Source: Macrostomum lignano
Lineage: Eukaryota
DNA length: 64,000 nt
NCBI GenBank assembly: GCA_002269645.1
Contig: NIVC01000068.1
Location: 310,001-374,000, forward strand
Direction of reading: 5' to 3'
The notes beneath the pieces are model-generated. The model was not told the DNA's origin. It did no database searches and saw nothing but the letters and a program-made list of their open reading frames with translations. Positions 25,101-36,167 of this stretch are shown one piece after another. The first letter of the stretch is position 1, and each line of letters starts with the position of its first letter. The position numbers and the translations under genes are program-made.

Positions 25101-28100
25101 GGATGGGGCGGAAGCTGAGAGTCTGAGGACCTGAGGATGGGGCGGAAGCTGAGAGTCTGAGGACCTGAGGATGGGGCGGAAGCTGAGAGTCTGAGGACCT
25201 GAGGATGGGGCGGAAGCTGAGAGTCTGAGGACCTGAGGATGGGGCGGAAGCTGAGAGTCTGAGGACCTGAGGATGGGGCGGAAGCTGAGAGTCTGAGGAC
25301 CTGAGGATGGGGCGGAAGCTGAGAGTCTGAGGACCTGAGGATGGGGCGGAAGCTGAGAGTCTGAGGACCTGAGGATGGGGCGGAAGCTGAGAGTCTGAAG
25401 ACCAGAGGATGGGGCGGAAGCTGAGAGTCTGAGGACCTGAGGATGGGGCGGAAGCTGAGAGTCTGAAGACCAGAGGATGGGGTGGAAGCTGAGAGTCTGA
25501 GGACCTGAGGATGGGGCGGAAGCTGAGAGTCTGAGGACCTGAGGATGGGGCGGAAGCTGAGAGTCTGAGGACCTGAGGATGGGGCGGAAGCTGAGAGTCT
25601 GAGGACCTGAGGATGGGGCGGAAGCTGAGAGTCTGAAGACCAGAGGATGGGGTGGAAGCTGAGAGTCTGACGACCTGAGGATGGGGCGGAAGCTGAGAGT
25701 CTGAAGACCAGAGGATGGGGTGGAAGCTGAGAGTCTGAGGACCTGAGGATGGGGCGGAAGCTGAGAGTCTGAAGACCAGAGGATGGGGCGGAAGCTGAGA
25801 GTCTGAGGACCTGAGGATGGGGCGGAAGCTGAGAGTCTGAAGACCAGAGGATGGGGTGGAAGCTGAGAGTCTGACGACCTGAGGATGGGGCGGAAGCTGA
25901 GAGTCTGAAGACCAGAGGATGGGGCGGAAGCTGAGAGTCTGAGGACCTGAGGATGGGGCGGAAGCTGAGAGTCTGAAGACCAGAGGATGGGGTGGAAGCT
26001 GAGAGTCTGACGACCTGAGGATGGGGCGGAAGCTGAGAGTCTGAGGACCTGAGGATGGGGCGGAAGCTGAGAGTCTGAGGAGCTGAGGATGGGGCGGAAG
26101 CTGAGAGTCTGAGGAGCTGAGGATGGGGCGGAAGCTGAGAGTCTGAGGACCTGAGGATGGGGCGGAAGCTGAGGGTCTGAGGAGCTGAGGATGGGGCGGA
26201 AGCTGAGAGTCTGAGGACCTGAGGATGGGGCGGAAGCTGAGAGTCTGAGGACCTGAGGATGGGGCGGAAGCTGAGAGTCTGAAGACCTGAGGATGGGGCG
26301 GAAGCTGGGAGTCTGAAGACCAGAGGATGGGGTGGAAGCTGATGGATTGATGACATGAGGATGGGGCGGAAGCTGAGAGTCTGAAGACCAGAGGATGGGG
26401 TGGAAGCTGATGGATTGACGACCTGAGGATGGGGCGGAAGCTGAGAGTCTGACGACCTGAGAATGGGGCGGAAGCTGAGAATCTGAAAAGCTGAGGGTTT
26501 GAGGACCTGAAGATGAAGCGGAAGTTGGGGGTCTGAGGAGCTGAGGATGGGATGGAAGCTGAGGATTTAACGATGATCATAGGTCCTGAAAATGAACCTA
26601 CACAATCCTAAACGATTCTCTTCTAGCTTCGTAGCAGCAAACAGCAAATCAGACAGAGAGACAGTGCGCAGTGGACCAGTGGATTTCTAATCAAAAGATG
26701 AAATATCAGACATAGAGGCGGCATTGTGCCAGTAGACCCTAGCCGGAAAACATACAATACAATAAGATATACAAACATTTACAATATCCAGTTTCATTTA
26801 TAACCCACTAGGCCCTATTAATCTGCATTAACCGATCTTGGGACATACCGGAACAAATAGCTGGGATGATAAAGACCCCGAAAAAATAACTATGCCGAAA
26901 AATGTACTAAACTCTGCAGCTGTTATAAATATACTGCACTGCTTTCAGCTAAAGCTTACTTGACTATAAGATTTCACTCTTTTGATATCCAAATCTCACT
27001 ACTCTTTTGATATCCAAATCTTATTCTTTTTATATCCAAATCTCATTCTTTTGATATCCAAATCTCACTCTTTTGATATCCAAATCTCACTCTTTTGATA
27101 TCCAAATCTCACTCTTTGAAATCCAAATCTCACTCTTTTGATATCCAAATCTCACTCTTTTGATATCCAAATCTCACTTTTTTGATATCCAAATCTCACT
27201 CTTTTGATATCCAAATCTCACTCTTTTGATATCCAAATCTCACTCTTTGATATCCAAATCTCACTCTTTTGATATCCAAATCTCACTCTTTTGATATCCA
27301 AATCTCACTCTTGAAATCTCACTCAAATCTCACTCTGTGATATCAAAATCTCACTCTGTGATATCAAAATCTCACTCTGTGATATCAAAATCTCACTCTG
27401 TGATATCAAAATCTCACTCTGTGATATCAAAATCTCACTCTGTGATATCAAAATCTCACTCTGTGATATCAAAATCTCACTCTGTGATATCAAAATCTCA
27501 CTCTGTGATATCAAAATCTCACTCTGTGATATCAAAATCTCACTCTGTGATATCAAAATCTCACTCTGTGATATCAAAATCTCACTCTGTGATATCAAAA
27601 TCTCTCTGTGATATCAAAATCTCACTCTGATATCCAAATCTCAATCTTGATATCCAAATCTCTCTCTTGTGATATCCAAATTGATATCCTACTCCATAGA
27701 ATCTAAATCTCACTCTACAGGATTAAAATCTTAGTCGATCAAATCGAAGTCTCACTCTATAGAATAAAATCTTACTTCATAGAATCTAAATCTCACTCCA
27801 TAGAATCTAAATCTCACACTATAGAATCAAAATCTCACTCCATAGTATCAAAATCTCACTCCATAGAATCAAAATCTCACTCTATAGAATCAAAATCTCA
27901 CACTATAGAATCAAAATCTCACTCTATAGAATCAAAATCTCACACTATAGAATCAAAATCTCACCCAGCTGGTGCACCACACTGAGATCCTGCTGCATGT
28001 AGGTGACAGCCCGGTCAATACGACCAGCAGACCAGTGCGCTCTGCTCAAAGCGCTCAACACGGAGGCCTTCAATTTCAAACTGCTCGTGCCCAATTGCAG

Positions 28101-31100
28101 AGCGCATTCCAGCGCTGTGATGGCTTGCGGATGTTGGCCGAGGCTTTCCAGCTCTTGGCCGATAACGGACATGAGTACGAATGCACTGTTGGCCAGGTGC
28201 AGCTTGCAGAGCTGCTCGTAGACGGGTAGGAAGCGCTCTGTTCGGGTTGTAGATTGTAATTTTTTACATAAATTATTAACTAATGTATTACCTAATTACT
28301 GAGAGTTATCACCTAACTAGCGAGATAGACTAATTACCTAATTAGCAAAATAGACTAAATACCTAATTAGTGAGTTAGACTAATTACCTAATTAGCGAGT
28401 TAGACTGATTACCTTAATTAGCGAGTTAGCTTGATTACCTAATTAGCGAGTTAGACTGGTTACCTTAATTAGCGAGTTAGCTTGATTACCTAATTAGCGA
28501 GTTAGACTGGTTACCTTAATTAGCGAGTTAGCTTGATTACCTAATTAGTAAGTTAGACTAATTACCTAATTAGCGAGTTAACTTGATTACCTAACTAGCG
28601 AGTTAGACTAATAATCTAATTAGTCAGTTAGCAGATTAAATTACCTACTTAGTGAGTTGAAATGATTGTCTAATTAATTAGTTAGACTAATTGGCTAATT
28701 GGTAAGATCGATCACTTGGAACCAGCGCTGTATACCCAATCAAACCATACCATGCACTACTAAAAGTAAGTCACTTATACAGACCTCGAACAGGAGACGC
28801 CAAGGCGCAGTCAACCAATCCCTGAATCAGTGCCCGATCTTTCGGATCTTTGCCAAGGCCCTGGCAGAGAGCCGCTGCAGCATCAGCAAACTTGCCCAGA
28901 CACTGCAGAGCCACGCCTTCACGGTAGTACGCCTGCGAATGAGTAGTAGACATGAGTGTGAGTCTGCCAGCATCTCCTCTGTCACTCCCACTGTGTGCTG
29001 TCAGCATCGGCCGCTTATAAATAGTCATACTTGGATTTTATAATGTAAATTACGCAAATTACTTTCAGCAGCCTAGACAAGCAAAATGTTCATTTTACTG
29101 ACTGACTGACCCAGAAACCGGGACTTCAAAACCAAAATAAAAATACAGACAGAAACGAGAATACCCCAGAGAAACTTTATCCAGTATTTTATAACTTAGC
29201 AACTATTCTAATGCAACCATAAAGATAAAGGTTTTCTCTTTGTAATGCCAGTTTCAAATGTGTTTTACTGAAATTTGTAGTTTTTTTCTAAACAAAAAAT
29301 CTAACGTATTATACAATAAATTTTATAGTCTAATGACAAAAATTTTAGTAGCTTCAATGTAAAAAATACCCTATTTTGATTGAGAGGTTTAAAAAAGCTT
29401 AGAAACACAGTAACAATTATGTAGTAGGGTTAATGGAATAAGAAAAGAGCGAAAAAGTCCAACTAGAAGATTTATTTTTTAAATAGAATTTATTTCAACG
29501 CCGTTTTAGAGATTTATGAAATCCTTGAGCGGCAGCAAAGTCGGAGATCATATTTTTTACAGCTTATCATTGATTTTGCCAGTCTATTTGAGTTAGCCAA
29601 GCTAATCAAGGGGATAAAGAACTCCTCATTCAATGCAGCATCAGCCACTGCAACAGAACTTCGACCATAGACAATACAGCCAATTAATTCGACAGTCTGT
29701 TAAAGATCGGCACCAATTAGGCCATAGACAATAGTCAATTAAGTGGACAAGTCTGATAAAGATCGGCACCAATTAGGCTATAGACAATACAGCCAATTGA
29801 GTGGACAAGTCTGTTAAAGATCGGCACCAATTAGGCTATAGACAATACAGCCAATTGAGTGGACAAGTCTGTTAAAGATCGGCACCAATTAGGCTATAGA
29901 CAATACAGCCAATCAATTCGACAAGTCTATTCAAGATCGGGACCAATTAGGCTATAGACAATACAGCCAATTAATTCGACAAGTCTGTTAAAGATCGGCA
30001 CCAATTAGGCTATAGACAATGCAGCCAATCAATTCGACATGTCTGTTAAAGATCGGCACCAATTAGGCTATAGATAATACAGCAAATTAATTCGAGAAGT
30101 CTGTTAAAGATCGGCACCAATTAGGCTATAGACAATACAGCCAATCAATTCGACAAGTCTGTTAAAGATCGGCACCAATTAGGCTATAGACAATACAGCC
30201 AATTGAGTGGACAAGTCTGTTAAAGATCGGCACCAATTAGGCGATAGACAATACAGCCAATTAATTTGACAAGTCTGTTAAAGATCGGCACCAATTAGGC
30301 TATAGACAATACAGCCAATCAATTCGACAAGTCTATTCAAGATCGGGACCAAGTGTTGTAATCAAGTCTTTATTTGTCTATGGTCAAAGTGCAGCTCTAC
30401 GATGGCAGTGACTGCTGCTATTCGACATGGATTGGCTAAATTGTCAACTAGACTGACAAAATCAATATTATAATGATTGTCTTGCCCTACCTTCTTCCGT
30501 TTTGACCCTCTATCGGCACAACTTTTAGATCGCCTGAATGGCGATAGCAGAGGCCGGTTTTCTCTTAAACTGGCTGATGCCGCGACTACTGTTGGCGTTG
30601 CGATAGCGCTGCTACTAGAAGCAGAACTCGGCTTGTTATTTTTCTTCTTCTTCTGCTCAGATCTGTCGCTGCTACTGTTGCCAACCAGGCGAAGAAAACG
30701 AAACGAAAATCTAGTCGACGTTGAAACAGAAGATGACGCAACAGATGACAAAGCTGGCTCAACAATTGCGCCGCTGTCAGCTCCACTAGAAGCAGCAGAT
30801 TTCTCTGATAGAATCGATTTTCTCTGCTCTTGCTGCTGTTGTAGTTGTTGTTTCCGCAAACTTTCTGCAGACGTTGCAGACTGACGATTGCTAACAATTT
30901 TTGGCAGTCGAAAACTATAGAATCTATTTCTAAGCAGATCTGTCTGCTGATCAGAAGATTGCACAACAGATTGTTGCACTAAGCTCGATGGAGCAGAGGC
31001 TGTAGAAACACCAGAAGACCACTTTAGCATTTCGTCGATGTCGCAGTTGATGTCATGCCGAAGCAGATGATATTCGCAGTTTTATTTGCTCGCTTCAAAC

Positions 31101-31970
31101 TTTAGTTGACAGTCACTTTCCTTGTTTTTACTTCTGTTGAAAGCTGTAGCTTCACTTGATCTCTTTGGCTCAGCTTTTAGAAGCAGAAGAAATAAGAAGC
31201 AAAAAAAGACAGAGAAACAAATAGAAGAGAATGGAGAGGCGGAGGCGGAGCAGGCGCACAGCGTCGGTAAAACTAGAATAGAGAAGAAGAAAAAACTGTG
31301 TCTGCCTCCTGAGCTTCTTAGCCCTTAAATCGCGTGGGCGTCTTTGCATTTATAACTCCGACAGACCAGAAACTGACTGGGGTGGGTGGTTGATGAAGCC
31401 AGCCCATCTTCGTAGCTTTTGCTCGCATTGGTCAATTATTTTATTAAAACTAGAAGAGACGGACCCAATCTACTCGCATGAATCGCTAGCAGAATCTTGA
31501 AAAAACGACACTCTCTGTGTGGCCTTCAAGTGCCACGAAGCCATGGCAATATTGTATTCTATATAATAGCATATATATTTAGCTACATAAAATGAAATCA
31601 TTACAATGCAATGCCATGCAGTCTTCATACAACTGAATTCGCACATTGCCACAGAATTATTTATTCTATTTTAGCAATAGCCTTTTGGTCTGTGAGAAAT
31701 TCCTTCTGCCAAAGAATACTTTTCTATAAAATGTTAGTAATGCAAGAGAAAAGTCGGTTTGAGAAAGTCTAGTACTCAAAGGAATTCCGCGGAGGTACTT
31801 AAAAATGGAATGCTAGAAACAGCGGCACTGCTCAAGCAGTATGGAATGCGAATAAAAGTTGAAAAATAAGAAGCGTTAAGTTGAGATAATTTATGAGTAG
31901 AATATGAGCAGATAAACTAATAGATAAACAGATACGTAGACGGACGGACAGAGAGACGGATAGATAGATC

Positions 31971-32052
<82 letters not shown>

Positions 32053-32073
32053 CAGATAGATAGATAGATAGAT

Positions 32074-32128
<55 letters not shown>

Positions 32129-32178
32129 GATAGAAAAATAGATAGATAGATAGATGATAGATAGATAGATAGATAGAT

Positions 32179-32237
<59 letters not shown>

Positions 32238-32252
32238 GATAGATAGATAGAT

Positions 32253-32324
<72 letters not shown>

Positions 32325-32329
32325 GATAA

Positions 32330-32371
<42 letters not shown>

Positions 32372-32378
32372 GATAGAC

Positions 32379-32438
<60 letters not shown>

Positions 32439-35285
32439 GATAGAAAAATAGATAGATAGATAGATAGATAGATAGATGATAGATAGATAGATAGATAGAT
32501 AGACAGATAGAATCCACTAGAATCCAATATAATGAGCCCAAGATACACAGCAGTGGCATTAGAACACAGAGGGAAATACAACACAATGCTAATTTAACAT
32601 GTAAAGTGGTTGAACTGCGCAAAAAAGGCAGCTCTCAAGAGTCACCAGTTCACAGCTATTCAGCTAGCATAAGAACTAACGGTGCCAAACTACAACAATG
32701 CAAACACTGCCCGAGAGATAGTAGAGAACTAGAGAGGTTTGCAGTCTTTTAAGACAGTGTAAACGTTGACCTAAAAAAGACATGCATGGCTAATACCCAG
32801 CCATGGGAAAGTGAGAGTCAATTTTTTTTCAAAATCGCATAAGCAAATTGCTTTGCTGGATAGAAATTAAGGTAATCCGCACATACGTGTTTTATATGTT
32901 TTATAGACAAATTTTGCACGAAAAAATCTTAACTACACTACTGCAGGAGCAGTACCAGTAGTCTATTAAGGATTTTTAGAAAAAAGAGAGCGGTGCGCAA
33001 TTAATAGGAAAGAAAATGACTGATAGCCAGATCTGACAGACTCCGTCAAGTGCTTTGCTAAGTTCTAAAATTATGTATGGGTGGAAAAAGATCTAACCTT
33101 GGATTGGGAGTGCTTTTGGACAGAAATAAGCGGCTTTAATTAGTCAATTTTTAACTTAGAAAAGCACTTAACAAAACGTTTTTTACCTGTCAATAATAAT
33201 CAAAGCTTAAATGAAATATTGCCGCTTTTCAGGACAGAAGCCTTAGAAAAATACGAGTTGCTATTATTCTAGTTCATAATATTCGACTAGCTAAATGCTT
33301 TGCTGCCTTTATTTCGACTTAGAACTTTCTGGGTTGATTCCAAACAGAACTTTAACGATATTTTATTACGAGTACATATTCTCCAGAGACTTGGGTATAT
33401 TTTATCGAGATTCTCCAGACAGTCTATGGGCAATTCTCCGGATAGTCTATCTATGGCCGATTCTCTGGATATTCTATGGGCGATTCATTGGAGTCTATGG
33501 ACGATTCTCCAGAGAGTCTATGGGCGATTCTCCAGAGAGTCTATCTATGGGCGATTCTCTGGATAGTCTATCTATGGCCGATTCTCCGGATATTCTATGG
33601 GCGATTCATTGGAGTCTATGGACGATTCTCCAGAGAGTCTATGGGCGATTCTCCAGAGAGTCTATCTATGGGCGATTCTCTGGATAGTCTATCTATGGCC
33701 GATTCTCCGGATATTCTATGGGCGATTCATTGGAGTCTATGGACGATTCTCCAGAGAGTCTGTGGGCGATTCTCCAAATAGTCTATGGGCGATCTATAGA
33801 TACTCTATGCGCAATTCTTCAGATGCTCTATGGGCGATTCTATAGATAGTCTGATGAGTGATTCTTTGGATAGTCTATGGGTGATTCTTTGGATAGTCTA
33901 TGGGCGAATCCCCAGAGACTCTATAGGCGATTCTCCGAATACGATATAGGCGACTCTCCGAATAGTTTATGGGCGGTTCTCCAGATAGTCTATGGGTGAT
34001 TCTCCGGATATTCTGGGCGATTCTCCAGATATTCTATGGGTGATTCTCCGGATATTCTGGGCGGTTCTCCAGATATTCTATGGGTGATTCTCCGGATATT
34101 CTGGGCGGTTCTCCAGATATTCTATGGGTGATTCTCCGGATATTCTGGGCGGTTCTCCAGATATTCTATGGGTGATTCTCCGGATATTCTGGGCGGTTCT
34201 CCAGATATTCTATGGGTGATTCTCCGGATATTCTGGGCGGTTCTCCAGATATTCTATGGGTGATTCTCCGGATATTCTGGGCGGTTCTCCAGATATTCTA
34301 TGGGTGATTCTCCGGATATTCTGGGCGATTCTCCAGATATTCTATGGGTGATTCTCCGGATATTCTGGGCGATTCTCCAGATATTCTATGGGTGATTCTC
34401 CGGATATTCTGGGCGATTCTCCAGATATTCTATGGGCGATTCTCCGGATATTCTGGGCAGTTCTCCAGATATTCTATGGGCGATTCTCTGGATAGTTTAT
34501 AGACAGTTTAGGGCAATTCTACGAGTACAGTTTTTAAAATTCTTACTTTACGATATACAGTGTATATGCCCATACAAGGCTCTCAAAGAGTAAGCCTTAA
34601 TACTTTACTCAAAGCAAAGCCGAAAGCAAAACAGAGCTAAACCATTACTTAATACATAAACTCTATTAACCAAATAGAGGTACTCAACGGGCAGACAGAA
34701 CAGAGACAATGGCAAACAAAAACCGTATTCCATTTTTTCCTGTCCACATCGAAGATCCACTTCTAGATTCTAGCCGTAGACTAAGAGTTTTTGTTGAAAG
34801 CTCAAGAAGCAAGAGACCAATTAGGGGAGACCTCTCAGAGAGAGCAGGCACTGTTTGGAGGTAACAATAAAAATTGAGCTTCAACTTGAACAGCTTAGAA
34901 TGATGAAGCGTACGAAAAATGAGCACATTCAAATAAGCGACCCGAGCATTATGACAAATATGCCATCTGAGGCGAGTAAATTCAAAGCTTGAATTGCGTA
35001 AAATAAAACTATGCAAGACTGCCGACGTAAAGCCATAAAGAATAAAAAACTATACTAGTAAAACTTCACAGAGACTGCGCAAAGAGCAACATTAAAAATG
35101 TGCGAATTTTCAGCTAGCCTAATAATAGTGTAAGAACTGGGTACGGCTCCAAGTAGGTCCGTGGAGAGACAGAATGATTTTATAGTCAATAGACAGACAG
35201 ACAGACAGGCGTTAAGGCAGACAGACAGACACAGACAGACACACAGACAGGTAGAAAGACAGGTGGATACACAGACACATCCAGG

Positions 35286-35373
<88 letters not shown>

Positions 35374-35586
35374 AGCAGAAAGACAGACAGACAGACAGAT
35401 AGAGTCAGAAAGACAGACAGACAGACAGACAGACAGACAGGCAGGCAGACAGACATACAGAGTCAGAAAGACAGACAGGCAGACAGACAGACAGACATAC
35501 AGAGTCAGAAAGACAGACAGGCAGACAGACAGACAGACAGAGTCAGAAAGACAGACAGGCAGACAGACAGACAGACAGAGCCAGAA

Positions 35587-35645
<59 letters not shown>

Positions 35646-36167
35646 AGCAGAAAGACAGACAGACAGACATACAGAGTCAGAAAGACAGACAGGCAGACAG
35701 ACAGACAGACAGAGTCAGAAAGACAGACAGGCAGACAGACAGGCAGGCTTACCTTGGGCCAGTCAGGCGCCAGAGTCCGGCACTTCCTGGCATCCTGCAG
35801 GGCCAGTCCGAACTCCCCCAGTTTGAGTCTGGCCGCGCAGCGGTTGCTAAGCAGCACGTGATTGTTTGGCTCCATCTCCAGGGCTTCGTCGATGTACTGC
35901 AGGAATAGAAATAGTGAATTTTGATTATTCAAGTGTTTAAGATGCATTACGGTAAGGGTAAGGAAGTGCTATTTGGAAATGTCTGTATTAAGAGGCGTAA
36001 TAAAGAGGTTTATTACAATGAAGCAACGGAAATGTCATATCTAAAAAAGAACTTACCTGAACTGCTTTTTTGAAGTCTTCTTTGTTTAAGGCATCAGTGC
36101 TAAGCCTTACCTTGGCTTGGAAGACTGGATCTGATGCCACACTTTGCTGAGACTGTGAAAAGTTCAT
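5689..36167 (-). CDS. TTC28: TTC28 ortholog (TPR repeats + CHAT domain), 14 exons, about 2222 aa
   Basis: Exons (minus): 36167-36057, 35896-35753, 28932-28785, 28237-27965, 24772-24418, 23672-23269, 22199-21598, 16246-15890, 13875-13288, 12965-12618, 11895-11542, 10966-10374, 9623-8666, 7122-5689. All introns are GT-AG and phase-compatible; total 6669 nt. Peptides [75 protein letters not shown] match TTC28 as recalled. Confidence 0.93.
7205..8665. repeat. TTC28 intron 13 minisatellite, (CCATCTCAGTCTCACC)-type unit with an internal duplication of about 417 bp
   Basis: Array abuts the donor at 8665. The rare variant TCTCTTCTCA recurs at 7751 and 8168. Confidence 0.93.
9660..10340. repeat. TTC28 intron 12 minisatellite, 28-bp unit CCTCCCAGATCCTCAGTTGCTGGGCCAG
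   Basis: Directly visible; same family as 57165-57465. Confidence 0.93.
10975..11535. repeat. TTC28 intron 11 (GTGA)n/(GAGC) microsatellite
   Basis: Directly visible; fills the intron. Confidence 0.95.
11960..12600. repeat. TTC28 intron 10 minisatellite, about 32-bp unit (ATTAGCCGCAGCCTAGATTAAAGATCAAAGGG)
   Basis: Directly visible degenerate tandem units. Confidence 0.9.
12985..13225. repeat. TTC28 intron 9 (TCTG)n microsatellite
   Basis: Directly visible. Confidence 0.95.
13960..15889. repeat. TTC28 intron 8 minisatellite, 22-bp unit GACCCATTAGGTAGCTTATATT, interrupted by a SINE
   Basis: Directly visible. The variant TATACTGACC recurs at 14159, 14291, 14423, 14555 and 14819, indicating a 132-bp higher-order period. 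Confidence 0.95.
14904..15276 (+). mobile_element. tRNA-derived SINE (family B) inserted in the 22-bp array
   Basis: A box TAGCCCAGCGGT, B box GGCTCGATTCC, A-rich tail at 15259-15276. The array phase resets as expected for a 13-14 bp TSD (GACCCATTAGGTA). Confidence 0.8.
16281..16556 (-). mobile_element. tRNA-derived SINE (family A, CORE-like central domain), copy 1
   Basis: Shares CAGTTCACCCAGCTGTAAAATGGGTGCCAGCATTAGC and AGTCCTTGGACTG with the copies at 21266 and 23854; tRNA-like head with GGTTCGATTC. Confidence 0.8.
16968..17039 (-). mobile_element. tRNA-like SINE head (family C)
   Basis: Minus strand reads GGTAGAGCAGCTTAGCAG...CGTTCGATTCCGTGGGCGACC (B box present, degenerate cloverleaf). 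Confidence 0.45.
17600..18337 (+). CDS. Secreted C-type lectin with C-terminal PAN/apple-like domain, 245 aa, intronless, nested antisense in TTC28 intron 7 (copy 1)
   Basis: Signal peptide; CTLD motifs [32 protein letters not shown]...FACE; C-terminal SAIECV...[11 protein letters not shown]. Confidence 0.9.
   Translation: MKFDISFWWVLGSQLLPVLAQCPAPFYIEAGRCIFVNPSQSFTWCEANRQCSSIGGELINSYGSLKLLPSMPSFQTRNGIWLGVTDMADERNASKEGWQTVFGRGQLPLDDSLWVNGDPNNKGGKQDCVATYKSSAKLVDLSCSKKRGFACEFAVAAPIAAQLNGQWRRTPFKRSSYNPSTEYCFTDLTNIDSAIECVAMAMRSKDSQHVLFNKKQKKCRLLHFTDAQVEEAIEVSADWVKFGME
20104..20841 (+). CDS. Secreted C-type lectin with PAN/apple-like domain, 245 aa, intronless (copy 2)
   Basis: ATG at 20104; about 90% amino-acid identity to copy 1 by manual alignment. 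Confidence 0.9.
   Translation: MKLIISFWLVLGSQLLPVLAQCPAPFYIEADRCIFVNASQSFTWCEANQQCSSIGGELINSYGSLQQLPSMPSFQTGNKIWLGVTDMADERVASKEGWQTVFGRGQLPLDDSLWVNGDPNNKDGKQDCVGTFESSTNVVDLSCSDKRGFACEFAAAAPIAAQLNGQWRRTPFKRSSYNPSSEYCFTDLTNIDSAIECVAMAMRSKDSQHVLFNKKQKKCRLLHFTDAQVEKAIETSADWVKFGLT
21266..21463 (-). mobile_element. tRNA-derived SINE family A, copy 2
   Basis: Head TGTAGCCTAGTGGTT...GGTTCGATTCTTGACC, then GTGTCCTTGAGCAAGACACTTAAC...CTGTAAAATGGG (CORE-like). Confidence 0.8.
22208..23245. repeat. TTC28 intron 6 minisatellite, 21/22-bp unit AAATCGGGATTTGTGGTTTTG
   Basis: Fills the intron up to the acceptor at 22200-22201. Confidence 0.95.
23854..24095 (+). mobile_element. tRNA-derived SINE family A, copy 3 (internal deletion)
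   Basis: Head TGTAGCCTAGAGGTTAGAGC...GTTCGATTCTCGACC, shared core, and tail CCCATTAGGGCAGGTGTAATCAA matching copy 1. Confidence 0.8.
24880..26560. repeat. TTC28 intron 4 minisatellite A, 34-bp unit GAGGATGGGGCGGAAGCTGAGAGTCTGAGGACCT (about 45 copies)
   Basis: Directly visible and highly homogeneous. Confidence 0.97.
26975..27964. repeat. TTC28 intron 4 minisatellite B, three related 21/22-bp sub-arrays (core AAATCTCAC)
   Basis: Sub-arrays TTTTGATATCCAAATCTCACTC, TGTGATATCAAAATCTCACTC and CTATAGAATCAAAATCTCACA; the last abuts the donor at 27964. Confidence 0.95.
28290..28700. repeat. TTC28 intron 3 minisatellite, 24/25-bp unit GATTACCTAATTAGCGAGTTAGCTT
   Basis: Directly visible. Confidence 0.9.
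29650..30350. repeat. TTC28 intron 2 minisatellite, 58-bp unit (GTTAAAGATCGGCACCAATTAGGCTATAGACAATACAGCCAAT...)
   Basis: GATCGG recurs at 29761, 29819, 29877 and onward; about 12 copies. Confidence 0.93.
30491..31030 (-). CDS. Candidate alternative first coding exon of TTC28, or a small nested gene; Ser/Gln/Lys-rich disordered peptide
   Basis: ATG at 31030, 540 nt open to donor AAG|GTAGGG (phase 0), matching the phase of TTC28 exon 3. TATAAAT on the minus strand near 31350. Read-through ORF ends at 30362. Confidence 0.5.
31965..32510. repeat. (GATA)n microsatellite
   Basis: Directly visible. Confidence 0.97.
33400..34500. repeat. Minisatellite of 21-27-bp GGCGATTCTCC monomers with 121-bp and 44-bp higher-order repeats
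   Basis: Identical spurious ORF starts at 33476 and 33597 (121 bp apart); alternating 21+23-bp monomers from about 34000 to 34460. Confidence 0.9.
35185..35745. repeat. (GACA)n microsatellite directly after the TTC28 exon 2 donor
   Basis: Directly visible. Confidence 0.95.

Noticed and set aside
24827-26580. 509-aa and 574-aa repetitive ORFs
   Set aside because: Translations of the 34-bp array inside a phase-consistent intron.
29650-30350. CRISPR-like regular array
   Set aside because: Variable segments are two or three recurring variants, not unique spacers; eukaryotic intron; no cas genes.
34684-35016. 110-aa ORF or cassette exon in TTC28 intron 2
   Set aside because: The acceptor gives phase 1, incompatible with the phase-0 intron; no homology recognised.
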